Origin: Anaerolineales bacterium | GTDB taxonomy: Bacteria > Chloroflexota > Anaerolineae > Anaerolineales > Villigracilaceae | Assembly (NCBI GenBank): GCA_030583905.1 | Contig: CP129481.1 | Span: 2,260,136-2,324,135, forward strand | Direction of reading: 5' to 3' | Length of the DNA stretch: 64,000 bases | Part shown: positions 37,154-47,152 of the stretch, one piece after another | Layout: each line of letters begins with the position of its first letter | How positions within the stretch are numbered: position 1 is the stretch's first letter | The notes under the pieces: model-generated | Told to the model about the DNA's origin: nothing | The model's database searches: none | Seen by the model: only the letters and a program-made list of their open reading frames with translations | Program-made: the position numbers and the translations under genes

Positions 37154-39910
37154 TTGCGCCGAATTAGTGAGGATACAACCCGCAAGGAAATGATCGACCC
37201 GCAGTTGGAAAGGGCGGGTTGGTATCTTGCTGACCATTCCAGGGTAAAGACCGAAATCCCTGTGGACGGCTACGATGCCGAGCCGTGGAATGGAATTTCG
37301 GATTACACGCTATACCGCGAAAATGGGGAAGTATTAGCGGTGGTCGAAGCCAAGAAGACATCGGTTGACGTCCGCCTGGCAGAAGCACAACTCACGCATT
37401 ATGTGACTGAAATTGAAAAACACCAGAGTTTCCGTCCGTTCGGCTTTTTAGCCAACGGACTGGAAATCCATTTTGTGGATGTAGGAGTTGCTCCCAAGCG
37501 GGAAGTGTTCGGATTCTTCACGCGCGAAGATTTGGAGAACCTGCTCTACATTCGTCAGAATGCGGTGCCGTTGAGTTCGGTTGAAATCAATAATCAAATT
37601 GTTGACCGTTCCTACCAGCACGAAGCCATCCGCCGCGTGGGCGAAGCCTTCGCCAATGGCAAGCGCAAAGCCCTGATCGTCATGGCGACAGGGACAGGCA
37701 AGACGCGTACCACAATGGGCTTGATAGATGTATTCATGCGGGCGGATCAGGCGAAGAAAATCTTATTCGTAGCGGACCGTGACGCACTCGTGGAACAAGC
37801 CATTGACGATGGTTTCCAAAAATATCTTCCAACGGAACCATGTACACGCTTGCACAGTTGGAAAGTGGAAACCAGCCAGCGCCTGTACGCGGTGACGTTG
37901 CAAACGCTGAGCAATATCTTCGAGCAGTTCTCGCCTGCCTTCTTTGACTTGATCGTCTTCGATGAAGTCCATCGCTCGATCTACAACAAATTCAACGAAG
38001 TGCTGGAGTATTTCGATGCCCGCCAGGTGGGATTGACCGCCACGCCCGCCAATTACATCAACCGCGACACCTTTCTTGCCTTCGATTGCACGGATGGCAA
38101 GCCGACCTATCTTTACACCTACGAACAAGCCATCGAAGACAAGTATCTCGTGGATTATGAACTCTACGCCGCGCGGACCAAGTTCCAGCGGCAGGGCATT
38201 CACGGCGTGGACTTAACCGAAGAGGAACGCAACGCCCTGATCGAAAAGGGACTTGACCCCGACGACATCAATTACGAAGGCACAGAACTGGAAAAGGAAG
38301 TCAGTAACCGCGATACGCTTCGTAAACAGTGGGAAGAGATTTGGGACGTGTGCCGAAAAGATTCGTCGGGACAATTGCCAGGCAAGACCATCGTCTTTGC
38401 GATGACACAAGACCACGCCTTGCGTTTGCAGGATGCGTTTTATGAGATGTATCCGCAATTCCCAGACTTGGCGAAGGTCATCACGCATAAATCGGAATAT
38501 CGCGGCACATTGGTGGAAGCGTTCAAGAAGAAGGATTTCCCGCGCATTGCTATTTCCGTGGACATGCTCGATACGGGCATTGATATTCCCGAAGCCGTCA
38601 ATCTGGTGTTCATGAAGCCTGTGCAATCGCCCATCAAGTTACAGCAGATGATCGGGCGCGGGACGCGCGTGCAGGCGGCGTGCAGAAATCTGGCGTTACT
38701 GCCGAACTTCGAGAAGAAGGATTTTCTCATCATTGACTTCTGGGAGAACAATTTCAGCAGGGATGCCAAGGAAGTCGTTGACCAATCTACGCCTGTGCTG
38801 GTGACGATCTTCAACACACGTTTGAAATTGTTGGAGACCTATCTCAAAGACCAGAAAGACCCCGATTGTAAGCAAGTGATCGCTGACCTGCGCGAGCAGA
38901 TTCAGGGCATCCCAACCGACTCGTTTACCATCCGCAAGCATATGCCAGAGATCGAAGAAGCATGGACAGATGCCTTCTGGGACTATCTCATCCCCAGCAA
39001 GATCGAATTCTTGAAATTGAAAGTCGCCCCGCACCTGCGACTCGTCCCTGGCGTGGACGTTGCTGCGGCGACCTTCATCAGCAAAGTGGAACGGTTGAAA
39101 CTACTCAAACGCACAGGCAGGGAAACCAGTGGAACGATTCAATCCATCGTAGAAGATGCCCAGAGTTTGCGCGATACGATTTTGTCTGACGCGGAAATCA
39201 AAGCCAAGAGCATGTGCGTTCCTGAAAAATTGGTGGAGTTCTCGAACAACGAATTGGACCTGCTTCGAGATGTGCTTTCACCGTGTATGAAGAACAAAAT
39301 ACGGTATGACTCTTTCCTGGAACTCGATCTACTGGATTCCATTGCGGTCAGCGGCTACATTTTGCTCACCAAGAGCGGAGAGAAAATGTACGTGGCGGAA
39401 TATCGCCGTTTGGTGGAAGAGCGCATTTTGCAATTGGTGGCGAACCACCCCACAATAAAGGCAATTCAAAACAGTTATGGTAGGGGCGAAGCATTGCTTC
39501 GCCCTTACATCGACGACTGGCAACTGCTCGAACTCGAACGCACACTGACCAAAGAACTCGGCGAAGGCGACCTGGAAGTGACGCCAGAAAACTTGAAGAA
39601 GGTTTTCGCTCACACCGCCGATAGTTTTCTCGGCTTGGTGCGCCAGGTGCTGGACATGCAGTACCTGCCCGATTACAAGGATTTGGTGGCGCGGCAGTTT
39701 GAAACCTATGTGACCCAACACAACTACAACGCTGACCAGATTCGCTTCTTGCGCGCGGTGCAAAGCGTGTTCTTGCAAAAGCGCCACCTCGAAACTGCCG
39801 ACCTATACGAGCCGCCGTTGGATATGTTTGGCGCGGACGCGGTGGAGCGGTGGTTTACGGAGAAGGAAGTGGAAGAAGTGGTTGAGTTTGCAAATAAGAT
39901 GGCGGTATAG
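37154..39910 (+). CDS. hsdR: Type I restriction endonuclease subunit R (EcoAI/EcoEI-like)
   Basis: Nuclease DY.L...AVVEAKK, MATGTGKT, DEVHRS, GLTATP, VDMLDTG.D, QMIGRGTR, EcoEI_R_C-like tail; TTG start after gaggtg (the track starts at 37142). Confidence 0.93.
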   Translation: MRRISEDTTRKEMIDPQLERAGWYLADHSRVKTEIPVDGYDAEPWNGISDYTLYRENGEVLAVVEAKKTSVDVRLAEAQLTHYVTEIEKHQSFRPFGFLANGLEIHFVDVGVAPKREVFGFFTREDLENLLYIRQNAVPLSSVEINNQIVDRSYQHEAIRRVGEAFANGKRKALIVMATGTGKTRTTMGLIDVFMRADQAKKILFVADRDALVEQAIDDGFQKYLPTEPCTRLHSWKVETSQRLYAVTLQTLSNIFEQFSPAFFDLIVFDEVHRSIYNKFNEVLEYFDARQVGLTATPANYINRDTFLAFDCTDGKPTYLYTYEQAIEDKYLVDYELYAARTKFQRQGIHGVDLTEEERNALIEKGLDPDDINYEGTELEKEVSNRDTLRKQWEEIWDVCRKDSSGQLPGKTIVFAMTQDHALRLQDAFYEMYPQFPDLAKVITHKSEYRGTLVEAFKKKDFPRIAISVDMLDTGIDIPEAVNLVFMKPVQSPIKLQQMIGRGTRVQAACRNLALLPNFEKKDFLIIDFWENNFSRDAKEVVDQSTPVLVTIFNTRLKLLETYLKDQKDPDCKQVIADLREQIQGIPTDSFTIRKHMPEIEEAWTDAFWDYLIPSKIEFLKLKVAPHLRLVPGVDVAAATFISKVERLKLLKRTGRETSGTIQSIVEDAQSLRDTILSDAEIKAKSMCVPEKLVEFSNNELDLLRDVLSPCMKNKIRYDSFLELDLLDSIAVSGYILLTKSGEKMYVAEYRRLVEERILQLVANHPTIKAIQNSYGRGEALLRPYIDDWQLLELERTLTKELGEGDLEVTPENLKKVFAHTADSFLGLVRQVLDMQYLPDYKDLVARQFETYVTQHNYNADQIRFLRAVQSVFLQKRHLETADLYEPPLDMFGADAVERWFTEKEVEEVVEFANKMAV

Positions 39911-39916
39911 ATTGCG

Positions 39917-42871
39917 ATGAAGAAAAAAGCCTTGCCCCTAACCCTTGTTCTCATTGGCGCAGCGTTATTGATAACGACTGTGGTCTTTTGGATTGATTCG
40001 AGCACAACCACCGAGCCGCAGAGTTTCGGGAAAACTTTACTCGACTGGGTAACACTCATTGCTGGGCTTGGGGCAAGTATCAAAGGTTGGATGGATTTAT
40101 TTAAGCCTGATAAACCAAAACCACCGACCACGAAAATTGAAGTGAAAGGCGAAAGATCGCAAGTTTCTACTGGCGATAATTCCCCAAATATTCAAACTGA
40201 GACTTACATCGGCACTCAGATTGTTCAACAACCATCAGAGCCAAAAACGCCAAGGTCTCTAAACCAATTACCTTCGCCACCTTTGGATTTTATTGGACGG
40301 GAAAAAGAATTAGCCCAACTTCGCCAGAACATTGAAAAAGGAGTGGTAATTTCAGGTGTTCAAGGTATGGGCGGAATTGGCAAAACTGCACTTGGTTTGA
40401 AACTCGCTGAACAAATTTCACCCAATTATCCAGATGGGCAAATATATCTTGACTTGCGCGGCGCGCATGAGCAGACACCACTTACACCTGAACAAGTTAT
40501 GGCGCACCTGATTCGGAGTTTTCACCCTGAAACCGCTTTACCGCTTGATTTTGGGGAATTAGGCGCAATGTATCGATCTGTGCTAAGCGGTAAGAAAGCA
40601 TTGCTTTTTTACGATAATGCACGTGACGAAAAACAGTTGGATTCATTGTTGCCCCCCAGAGGGTGTACTTTATTTGTCACTTCACGTCAGTACTTTACCT
40701 TGCCTGGACTTGTGGCAATTGACCTGGAGACTCTAGACTCCAAAGACGCAGTTGAATTGGTACAAGAAATATCGTCAAGAGTTAATAATAAAGACGCTGA
40801 AACGCTTGCGAAACTATGCGGTTACCTGCCGCTGGCGATTCGCGCGGCTGTGAGCGTTTTGCCCAGAAGACCCGATTGGTCTCCCACCGAATTGATAAAA
40901 CGGCTGAGTGATAGCAGGGCAAGATTGGGGCTGGTTGAAAGTTCGCTGAGTTTAAGTTACGACGCCCTTGATTCCGAATTACAAAAATATCTGCGCCAAC
41001 TTGGAGTGTTTGCTGCACCCTTTGACAAAGCAGCAATTCTGGCGGTGTGGTTTGATGAAAGAGATTTGCGCTTGCGACAATTAGGGTTGACATTAAGCTC
41101 ATCATCAGGCACAGATGATGAAATTGTCAATAAAAAATCGCCCGAACGGGAAGCAGATGATATTCTCGGTGAGTTATTAAAGACCAGCCTGTTGAAATAC
41201 GATCAAAACACAAATGAATATTATTTTCATGACCTGACACATATATTTCTTGAGGAAAAGGTTCGGCAAGACGAAAATTCTGATGATGTTTTATGGCGAT
41301 ATGCACAGCACTATTTGAAACTTGCAAGCCAGGCTGATGACGATTATCGAAAAGGCGAAGGACAATATCTTGTTGCTATTGCCCGTTTTCGACAATTGTG
41401 GTTACATGTCAATAAAATATCTGAAAGATTATCAATCGAATCAAATTGGAAAAAGCCAATTTCGGCTGAACGATGGTTGGAAAGATCTGCTTACACAGTT
41501 AGTGAAATGCTCACTATTGGCTTAACGCCAAATAACTATATCTCTTATGTCCAACGGAGTCTTAACGCTTCAAGACGAAACAAAAACCAAGAAGTAGAAA
41601 GTTACAATTTGAATAAACTGGGTCTCGCCTACTCCGCCTTGGGGGATGCGCGCAAAGCGATTGAGTACTACGAGCAGGCGCTTGCCATTGCCCGCGACAT
41701 CGGCGATAGAAAGAGCGAAGGCGGTATTCTTGGCAACGTGGGTCTCGCCTACTCCGCCTTGGGGGATGCGCGCAAAGCGATTGAGTACTACGAGCAGGCG
41801 CTTGCCATTGCCCGCGACATCGGCGATAGAAAAACGGAAGGAATGTTTCTTGGCAACGTGGGTCTCGCCTACTCCGCCTTGGGGGATGCGCGCAAAGCGA
41901 TTGAGTACTACGAGCAGGCGCTTGCCATTGCCCGCGACATCGGCGATAGAAAGAGCGAAGGCGGTATTCTTGGCAACGTGGGTGGAGCCTACTCCGCCTT
42001 GGGGGATGCGCGCAAAGCGATTGAGTACTACGAGCAGGCGCTTGCCATTGCCCGCGACATCGGCGATAGAAAAACGGAAGGAATGTTTCTTGGCAACGTG
42101 GGTCTCGCCTACTCCGCCTTGGGGGATGCGCGCAAAGCGATTGAGTACTACGAGCAGGCGCTTGCCATTGCCCGCGACATCGGCGATAGAAAAACGGAAG
42201 GAATGTTTCTTGGCAACGTGGGTGGAGCCTACTCCGCCTTGGGGGATGCGCGCAAAGCGATTGAGTACTACGAGCAGGCGCTTGCCATTGCCCGCGACAT
42301 CGGCGATAGAAAGAGCGAAGGCGGTATTCTTGGCAACGTGGGTGGAGCCTACTCCGCCTTGGGGGATGCGCGCAAAGCGATTGAGTACTACGAGCAGGCG
42401 CTTGCCATTGCCCGCGACATCGGCGATAGACGAAGTGAGAGTTTTTTTGTCAGTAATTTAGGGGCAATAAATCGAACACTTGGTAATCTTGATATTGCTT
42501 TGGATTTTCTAAAACAAGGTCTGGAGATTTCAAAAGAGGTTGGTGATAGGCACGGGGAAGGTGCAGATTGGGATAATCTTGCCAACGTTTATGCTGATAA
42601 GCAGGATTATGAGAATGCGCTCATTGCCTACAAAAATGCTATGGACATCTCTAGAGAAGTTGGCGATCCATCTCTGGAAGCCAATATCGCCTGGAACGTT
42701 GCTACAATTTACTATGAAAAAGAACAGTATGAAATGGCATGTAAATATATGCAAATCACGGTTGACTTTGAGAATAAGATAAATCATCCAAATGCAAATA
42801 CAGACTTGGAAGCCTTGAATAAGGTACGCGCTAAAATTCAGAATATAACCAAGCCCGAGGAACTGAATTAA
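39917..42871 (+). CDS. NB-ARC/STAND NTPase with N-terminal hydrophobic helices and C-terminal TPR array (NLR-like)
   Basis: FIGREKEL, GMGGIGKT, LLFYDNA, LFVTSR, CGYLPLAI, SL.LSY..L, MHD-like FHDL; 40-aa TPR repeats. Confidence 0.9.
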   Translation: MKKKALPLTLVLIGAALLITTVVFWIDSSTTTEPQSFGKTLLDWVTLIAGLGASIKGWMDLFKPDKPKPPTTKIEVKGERSQVSTGDNSPNIQTETYIGTQIVQQPSEPKTPRSLNQLPSPPLDFIGREKELAQLRQNIEKGVVISGVQGMGGIGKTALGLKLAEQISPNYPDGQIYLDLRGAHEQTPLTPEQVMAHLIRSFHPETALPLDFGELGAMYRSVLSGKKALLFYDNARDEKQLDSLLPPRGCTLFVTSRQYFTLPGLVAIDLETLDSKDAVELVQEISSRVNNKDAETLAKLCGYLPLAIRAAVSVLPRRPDWSPTELIKRLSDSRARLGLVESSLSLSYDALDSELQKYLRQLGVFAAPFDKAAILAVWFDERDLRLRQLGLTLSSSSGTDDEIVNKKSPEREADDILGELLKTSLLKYDQNTNEYYFHDLTHIFLEEKVRQDENSDDVLWRYAQHYLKLASQADDDYRKGEGQYLVAIARFRQLWLHVNKISERLSIESNWKKPISAERWLERSAYTVSEMLTIGLTPNNYISYVQRSLNASRRNKNQEVESYNLNKLGLAYSALGDARKAIEYYEQALAIARDIGDRKSEGGILGNVGLAYSALGDARKAIEYYEQALAIARDIGDRKTEGMFLGNVGLAYSALGDARKAIEYYEQALAIARDIGDRKSEGGILGNVGGAYSALGDARKAIEYYEQALAIARDIGDRKTEGMFLGNVGLAYSALGDARKAIEYYEQALAIARDIGDRKTEGMFLGNVGGAYSALGDARKAIEYYEQALAIARDIGDRKSEGGILGNVGGAYSALGDARKAIEYYEQALAIARDIGDRRSESFFVSNLGAINRTLGNLDIALDFLKQGLEISKEVGDRHGEGADWDNLANVYADKQDYENALIAYKNAMDISREVGDPSLEANIAWNVATIYYEKEQYEMACKYMQITVDFENKINHPNANTDLEALNKVRAKIQNITKPEELN
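41621..42430 (+). repeat. 120-bp tandem repeat x7 encoding TPRs
   Basis: Lines at 41641, 41761, 41881, 42001, 42121, 42241 and 42361 are identical; variation is confined to two sites. Confidence 0.97.
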
Positions 42872-44670
42872 TGCTCACCGACCCTAAACTCCGCAGCCAA
42901 GTAGACGCCCTCTGGGATAAGTTCTGGACGGGTGGATTGACGAACCCGCTCGATGCGATCGAGCAGTTTTCGTATTTGTTGTTCCTCAAGCGGTTGGATG
43001 ACCGCGAGAACGCGGCGGAAAGACAGGCAAAACGCAAGGGGACGACGTATCAGCCCAACGTTAAGAAAGAGATGCGTTGGAGCGTCTGGAAGCAGATGAA
43101 GGCGGAAGAGATGCTCAAGCATCTTAAGTCGGTCGTCTTCCCGCAGTTGGCGAGTCTCACTGATGAAGCATCATCATTTGGTATCTACATGCGCGGGGCG
43201 GAGTGCAAGATCAATAAGCCGAGTCTGCTGGTGGAGGCGGTGAACCTGATCGACCAGATGGAGATCAGCCAGCAAAATCAGGATGTGCAGGGCGACCTGT
43301 TCGAGTACCTGCTGAGTCATTTGAGCATCGCCGGGCGCAATGGACAGTTCCGCACGCCGCGTCACATCATCCGCATGATGGTGCAGATGCTCGACCCCAA
43401 GCCGCGTGAACGCATCGGCGACCTGGCGGCGGGCACGGGCGGATTTTTGATCAACGCGCACCAGTATATTTTGGAGAAGGCGACGTCGAAGAACATCCTT
43501 GAATTCGATGCGGACGGCAGCGCACATCATCTGATCGGCGACCTGCTGAAGGATGACGAGCGCAAGTTCATGAATAGCAAAAAATATCTGCGCGGCTTCG
43601 ACAACGACTCAGGCATGACCATGCTGCGCATCGGCTCGATGAACCTGATGTTGCACGGCATTCAGGAGCCGCAGTTCTTTTACATGGACACGCTCTCCAA
43701 GGGCTATGGGGAGGTGGGCGAGTACGATGTCATTTTGATGAACCCGCCCTTCAAAGGCGCGGTGGACAAAGGCGACGTGCATCCCGACCTGCCCAGCGAT
43801 ACGACCAAGAGCGAGTTGCTCTTTTTGCATTTGATTTTGCGCGCGCTCGATATGGGCGGACGCGCGGCGGTGATCGTGCCCGATGGCGTGCTGTTCGGGT
43901 CGAGCCGCGCCCATGTGGAACTGCGCAAACGCCTCATCGAAGAGAATCGGCTGGACGGCGTGGTCTCGATGCCTTCGGGCGTCTTCAAGCCCTACGCGGG
44001 CGTCAGCACGGCGGTGCTGTTCTTCACGCGCGGCGCACAGACGAAAAACATTTGGTTCTATGACATGGCGCACGATGGTTTTTCGCTGGATGATAAGCGG
44101 ACAAAAGTGGATGAGAACGACATCCCCGATATTTTGGATTGTTGGAAGAAGCGGGGGGATAAGAAGTTCATAGAGAGTAGAGAACAGAGAATCGTGGAGT
44201 TGCGGAAGGAGTTGACTCCGTTGAAGGAAAAGAGATTGAAGTTGCAAGCGGAAGTCAACCGCCTCACGTTCGAACTGGCAATTGCCCCTGTTTCTGACGG
44301 CTCTTCTGCCCCGCAACCTGTCACCGCAGAGACGCGGAGCGACGCAGAGAAAACCAAAGAAAAACTCGGCGCTCTCGGCGTCTCCGCGGTCAATGCTCTT
44401 GCTGATGCGCAAGAACAACTCTCTACTCTCCAATCTCTACTCTCTTCTCCGCAAGGGGAACTCGACCGCCTGACCCGCCAATTCTGGGTGACCAAGGAGC
44501 AGGTCAAGGCGAACAAGTACGATCTCTCTGCCAGCCGTTACCGCCAAGTGGAAGCGGACGCGGCGTATCACGAACAGCCGTCTGTGACGCTGGAACGTTT
44601 GGCGCGGTTGGAGAGTGTGATGTTGGATGAAATTGCGGAATTGAAGAAAACGATGAAGGCTGAAGGATGA
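42871..44670 (+). CDS. hsdM: Type I R-M methyltransferase subunit M
   Basis: GQFRTPRHII, DLAAGTGGF (motif I), NPPF (motif IV), VPDGVLF, FKPYAGVST, YDLS..RY. Confidence 0.95.
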   Translation: MLTDPKLRSQVDALWDKFWTGGLTNPLDAIEQFSYLLFLKRLDDRENAAERQAKRKGTTYQPNVKKEMRWSVWKQMKAEEMLKHLKSVVFPQLASLTDEASSFGIYMRGAECKINKPSLLVEAVNLIDQMEISQQNQDVQGDLFEYLLSHLSIAGRNGQFRTPRHIIRMMVQMLDPKPRERIGDLAAGTGGFLINAHQYILEKATSKNILEFDADGSAHHLIGDLLKDDERKFMNSKKYLRGFDNDSGMTMLRIGSMNLMLHGIQEPQFFYMDTLSKGYGEVGEYDVILMNPPFKGAVDKGDVHPDLPSDTTKSELLFLHLILRALDMGGRAAVIVPDGVLFGSSRAHVELRKRLIEENRLDGVVSMPSGVFKPYAGVSTAVLFFTRGAQTKNIWFYDMAHDGFSLDDKRTKVDENDIPDILDCWKKRGDKKFIESREQRIVELRKELTPLKEKRLKLQAEVNRLTFELAIAPVSDGSSAPQPVTAETRSDAEKTKEKLGALGVSAVNALADAQEQLSTLQSLLSSPQGELDRLTRQFWVTKEQVKANKYDLSASRYRQVEADAAYHEQPSVTLERLARLESVMLDEIAELKKTMKAEG

Positions 44671-45857
44671 ATATGAATCAGCCATTCGTTGAGTTGCAAG
44701 AAGTTTGTCGGTTTATCAGCGGCGGAACGCCAAGCACAAAAGTTCCTGAATATTTCATGGGAACGATTCCTTGGATTACTGGCGCAGATATGAACGGCAA
44801 CGTGATAACTAAAGCGCGACAATACATTACCGAAGAAGCAATTCAGAACTCGGCAACAAATATTGTTCCAAAAGGAAATATCTTGCTTGTCACTCGCACT
44901 GGTGTTGGCAAAGTTGCCATTGCTGGTGTTGATATTTGCATAAGCCAAGATTTTACGGGATTGGAACTCGACAAAACAAAAGTAGATGAATGGTTCTTGC
45001 TCTATTATTTGCGCTCTCAAGAAGAAGCCCTTACTTCTCAACAGCGTGGTGCGACCATTCAAGGAATTACAAGAGATGTAGTTGAAACTCTAAAACTTCC
45101 CCTGCCCCCGCTGACCGAGCAAAAGCGGATTGCGTCCCTACTGGCGCGGGCTGACCGTCTCCGCTCCCTGCGGCGGACAGCGCACGATCTCGGCGAGTCC
45201 CTGCTCCAGTCCGTGTTTTTGGAGATGTTTGGGGATGAACAAAAGCAAAACTATGTAACGATTCAAGAGTTGATGGACTCAGAAGTCATTATTGATATGC
45301 AAGACGGAAATCATGGTGGTGACTATCCAAGAACATCAGAATTTGTTTCTGAAGGCATACCATTTCTAACTGCAACTAATGTAATTGGCAACCGAGTTTT
45401 TCTTGACGCTGCTCCTAGATTGAAACCAGAAAGAGCGCATAAATTACGAATTGGTTGGGTAAAGCCAAATGATGTTTTGCTGTCTCATAACGCTACAGTT
45501 GGACGTGTTGCTATCATGCCATACTTTGAAGGCGAAGTTGTACTTGGCACATCATTAACTTATTACAGATTAAATCCTGAAATTCTTTTACCCCGATATT
45601 TTTCTGGTCTTTTGCAGTCAAGGCATTTTCAATCCCAACTTGAAAGTTTTATGGGGCAAACAACGCGCAATCAAGTTCCAATAACTCGCCAAAGGGAATT
45701 GTTTGTTCCTGTTCCGCCACCGCTGAATCTGCAAGAAGAGTTTGCGGGCATGGTGGCGCGGGTCGAGTCGCTGCGGGGGAGGATGTCCGAGGCGGGGAGG
45801 CAGGTCGAGGGGTTGTTTGAGAGTCTGTTGGCGAAGAGCTTCGGAGGAGGAAGGTAA
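44667..45857 (+). CDS. hsdS: Type I R-M specificity subunit S
   Basis: TRD1 (GGTPST..PEYF.G.IPWI), central PLPPLTEQKRI, TRD2, terminal PPPLNLQEEF...LFESLL. Confidence 0.93.
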   Translation: MNMNQPFVELQEVCRFISGGTPSTKVPEYFMGTIPWITGADMNGNVITKARQYITEEAIQNSATNIVPKGNILLVTRTGVGKVAIAGVDICISQDFTGLELDKTKVDEWFLLYYLRSQEEALTSQQRGATIQGITRDVVETLKLPLPPLTEQKRIASLLARADRLRSLRRTAHDLGESLLQSVFLEMFGDEQKQNYVTIQELMDSEVIIDMQDGNHGGDYPRTSEFVSEGIPFLTATNVIGNRVFLDAAPRLKPERAHKLRIGWVKPNDVLLSHNATVGRVAIMPYFEGEVVLGTSLTYYRLNPEILLPRYFSGLLQSRHFQSQLESFMGQTTRNQVPITRQRELFVPVPPPLNLQEEFAGMVARVESLRGRMSEAGRQVEGLFESLLAKSFGGGR

Positions 45858-45860
45858 AGA

Positions 45861-46976
45861 ATGCCATTCGAAACTGCTCGTGTCGCGTTGTTAGGTGAGT
45901 TAGCTGTCGTAATCTCTGGATATTCGCCAAAACCAAGCGAAAGACAAAGGGTTGGAAAATATCTATTACTAGGTGGACGAAATATTGGTGATAGAAGGAT
46001 ATCTTTAACTGTCAAAGATTCTTATATTGAAGATGTAGATAAAGTCAGTTTTCGAAGCGCTATAGCCCGAGCAGGTGATATTATCGTTTCAACACTTTTT
46101 AAAGATCGAAAAATTTATTTTTTCAGAGAAAGTGACCTACCATCTGTAGTCAATAATAGCTGCAAAATAATTAGAGCAACAGCGAACAATGATTATATTC
46201 TGTCATATTTGAGAACTGAGAAAGGACAAAAACAATTTCTTTCGGATGCAGATAATACTGCTAAGGGAGCCTTGATTCCATTCATATCCACAAAAGATAT
46301 TCTAAATATTGAAATACCAATCTTGCCTTTTGAAGAACTACAGCATTTGGGTGATAGCTACATTCAAAATGCTACTTTAGATGATTTGGTTGTAATTCGT
46401 GATGAACTCAAGAGCAAAGAGAAAGAAGTGGCAGTACTTCAAAGTAGACTGACTGATATAACGACTTATTACGAAGACAGATTAAAGAAAGTAGAAACGC
46501 GAATAACAAATTTAGAGTCTATTCCAATAGTTGAGAGACCATTAAAAGTGTTTTTATGCCATTCAAGTTCAGATAAGCCTTATGTTAGGAATCTATATGA
46601 AAATTTAACCGAATTACCAAATGTTGATCCTTGGTTGGATGAAAAAAAACTCTTACCAGGTGATGATTGGCAATTGGAAATCGAAAATGCAGTAAGAACA
46701 TCTGACGTTGTTCTTGTGTGTCTATCCAAAATGTCAACAACCAAAGAGGGATTTGTTCAAAAAGAAATAAAATACGCTTTGGATGTTGCTGAAGAAAAAC
46801 CACCAGGCACCATCTTCATTGTCCCCTTGAAAATAGAAGAATGCTTAGTTCCCAAACGACTTAACCAATTTCAATGGCTTGATTATTTTGCTGATGATGC
46901 AAATGAAAAGCTACTCAAATCTCTTGAAAAACGTGCTCGAACATTGGGAATTGAGTTTAGATATGAAAGCAGATAA
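45861..46976 (+). CDS. HsdS-like TRD fused via a coiled coil to a C-terminal TIR domain
   Basis: N-terminal LGEL..ISG..P...RNI...GDIIVS...DYILSYL...GALIPFIS.KDI.NIEIP..P; C-terminal KVFLCHSSSDK..V..LY..L...DPWLD..KLLPG.DW..EI..AVR.SDVV.VCLS......GFVQKEI. Confidence 0.85.
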   Translation: MPFETARVALLGELAVVISGYSPKPSERQRVGKYLLLGGRNIGDRRISLTVKDSYIEDVDKVSFRSAIARAGDIIVSTLFKDRKIYFFRESDLPSVVNNSCKIIRATANNDYILSYLRTEKGQKQFLSDADNTAKGALIPFISTKDILNIEIPILPFEELQHLGDSYIQNATLDDLVVIRDELKSKEKEVAVLQSRLTDITTYYEDRLKKVETRITNLESIPIVERPLKVFLCHSSSDKPYVRNLYENLTELPNVDPWLDEKKLLPGDDWQLEIENAVRTSDVVLVCLSKMSTTKEGFVQKEIKYALDVAEEKPPGTIFIVPLKIEECLVPKRLNQFQWLDYFADDANEKLLKSLEKRARTLGIEFRYESR

Positions 46977-47152
46977 TCTTTTTGTATTTATTTACCATAC
47001 TCTGCAAGAAGAGTTTGCGGGTGTGGTAGCACGGTCGAGTCGCTACGTGGGCGGATGTCCGAGGGCGGGAAGCAGGTCAAGAGGTTGTTTGAGTCCCTGC
47101 TGGCGGAGTGTTTTGGAATAACATAATTGTCGTAACTATATAGGAGGCTGAA

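Noticed and set aside
41621-42430. 120-bp repeats as CRISPR; antisense ORF 41646..42461
   Set aside because: Repeats are contiguous in-frame TPR codons without unique spacers; the antisense ORF is a shadow of the repeat.
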